A DNA stretch of 63,699 bases, counting the filler, from Lenisia limosa (taxonomy: Eukaryota; Protista; Breviatea): the NCBI GenBank assembly GCA_001655205.1. It is 13 parts of 13 records of this genome, joined end to end, with 100 filler letters (N's around TTAATTAATTAA, not from the genome) between each part and the next. Parts side by side here need not be neighbours in the genome. Positions count along the whole stretch, not along the records: positions 62,051 to 63,699 come from LPNZ01003975.1; 12 more parts are not named here. One strand, written 5' to 3'. Under the pieces are notes generated by a model. It saw nothing but the letters and a program-made list of their open reading frames with translations, was not told the DNA's origin and did no database searches. The translations under genes and the position numbers were made by a program. This document shows, in pieces, positions 62,051-63,699 of this stretch (position 1 is the stretch's first letter; every line of letters begins with the position of its first letter).

Positions 62051-63699
62051 GCCAGAACTTCCGTCGGATGAGTCGGAACAGTTCACTTCCGATTCCGAAC
62101 AAGACGAGACCGCCATATTCCAGCAGTACGAGGTCCTCCCGCCCGGCGTGTCCAAGAACGTGGGTTGCCTCTCCTTCCACTCTAATTGCATACCCTCTCC
62201 CACATAGAGTTGATTTTTGGACCTCCCCCCTTCCTAGTGTGTTTCAGATGTTGAGCCAACAGAGTTGGTTTTTGTTTTGTTTTCATCACCCTCCCCCCCT
62301 CTTGCACCCATATTCCTTTGTTTCATCTCCGTGGGATGGGATGCGTTGCTGTAGAAGCGACTGACCTGGTCTTTGTTTGTTTTCTTGTTCTCAACCCTCG
62401 TGTGTTGTCAGCCAACAGAGTTAATTTTGGACTTTTTTTTTTGTTTCATAAGTTTTTACTCCCGCAGTCCGGCGTAACATTGGCTCCACCAGAGCCGACG
62501 ATTCTGACAGCTTCTGGCGTGACGACTGCTGCCGAGGCCTCGTTCTGGTCGGGCAAGAAGAAAACTGACGCCTTTTCCAAATTCGCCATCGAGAAGGGTG
62601 GGGGGTTCAAGTGTGTGTATTATGATCGTGTAATTATTTATCATATATCATAGAGCTATATGTAATTATATACATTGACGATGACACTAACCACCCACAG
62701 AAAAGGACATTGACGACGACATCGACGATTTCCTGCGTGAGAAACGAGCGGAGCGGTACAGTAAACTGCGACCTGCCACCAACGTCAAGTCCATCACAAT
62801 CGGTCAAGAGAACTCCGACAGTGATGAGGTTGGCCAATAATGTTGTTCTGGTGGTCTAAAATATATATACTATACATATATTTTTTAATATCCCGTATGC
62901 TGGAGTGAATAGGATGCGGTGCTGCGGAAGCGACTGGCCTGAGCTTTATTTGTTCCCTCGTCTTTTTTGTTTCATAACTTTTCCAATTTTACTCCCCCCC
63001 CCCCCNNNNNNNNNNNNNNNNNNNNNNNNNNNNNNNNNNNNNNNNNNNNNNNNNNNNNNNNNNNNNNNNNNNNNNNNNNNNNNNNNNNNNNNNNNNNNNN
63101 CAATCCGCCGCATGCGCCAACGCAAGGCCGCGCGTGGCAAAGCCAAGAGTTTGAGGGTTCATGTTGATGCTATACGCCGCGGGGGGCAGGGGCAGAAAGA
63201 TGTATGCACAGAGTTGTAGTAAGGCACATGATTGGGTGAATTGGTATTATGCTATAATCCATTATCTCTGATAAGCGTGATGCTGTGGACGGCTTCGGCC
63301 AGATACAATCTTTTTTTTTTATTTCTCATTGCATATGTAAATGCTGGGGGGATATGTTCATGCTTTATGCAGTGGGAGTAACTGTCAATATCTCTATCTG
63401 GACAATTCTAAACCCGCCTTTATCTGGACAATTCTTATTCCCTTCAGAGTCGAAATCGCCACAGCCTCAGCCTGAAGCGGAAGCGGAAGGCAAAACCGAG
63501 CCTAAGAGAAAAGAGGCCACACCTGAGGTGACCAGGCCGAAGATCGGAACATGGCGAAGCGTTGAAGAAATCGAAAAGCAGGAGAAGGAAGAGAAGGAGA
63601 AGGAGAGAGCACGGGCTACCTTGGTCAAACCGGCTGCTGTCCCCTCAGCTGTTCCTCTTGTGACTCAGACGACTCTTGAGGATGATGGCAATAGCGGTT
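62051..63699 (+). CDS. Hypothetical charged, low-complexity protein, internal exons
   Basis: GT-AG-bounded open exons such as DDDIDDFLREKRAERYSKLRPATNVKSITIGQENSDSDE and a final E/K-rich exon running off the window. Confidence 0.5.
62337..62467 (+). repeat. Dispersed intronic repeat family B, most complete copy
   Basis: Modules GGATGCG(G/T)TGCTG(C/T)AGAAGCGACTG, GTGTGTTGTCAGCCAACAGAGTT(G/A)ATTTTGG and TTTGTTTCATAA, ending at a CAG acceptor. Related copies at 30131-30203(-), 33262-33330(-), 55680-55769, 56036-56174, 59916-59982 and 62912-63000. Confidence 0.8.

Noticed and set aside
1-63699. tRNA, rRNA, snRNA genes or CRISPR arrays
   Set aside because: I recognised no cloverleaf, rRNA signature or repeat-spacer array by eye. 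A covariance-model scan would be needed to exclude small RNAs.

Overview
Intron-rich eukaryotic (protist-like) nuclear DNA, not bacterial, so the ORF track mostly shows exon fragments. It is a pseudomolecule: 12 artificial N-TTAATTAATTAA-N linkers join one scaffold of at least 28 kb (1-28342) to 12 short contigs, so adjacency across linkers carries no meaning. I spliced exons by eye at GT..AG boundaries, and gene ends are approximate. The first scaffold holds the N-terminal part of DNA polymerase alpha, MPP-beta, a family A DNA polymerase, DPP3, SF3B2, a Yak1/YakA kinase, an XRCC2-like gene and a proline-rich FERM-LRR gene. The short contigs hold parts of a Snf2 helicase, SERRATE/ARS2, a tandem-GYF plus STAR/KH protein, YIPF5, TTC27, AK7, an RRM protein, a secreted PI-PLC-like protein, DPH3, UPF1, eIF3m, a Sec23/24-like gene and cysteine-rich proteins. 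The best leads are (1) an intron-containing family A polymerase whose motifs resemble the phage-related kinetoplastid Pol IB/IC/ID clade, lying head-to-head with MPP-beta; (2) a short repeat family that mostly forms the 3' ends of introns in unrelated genes; (3) an approximately 90 bp palindromic MITE family in introns; and (4) an unusual GYF-GYF-STAR fusion. Family assignments come from motif recognition from memory, with no database search. I found no tRNA, rRNA or CRISPR array.
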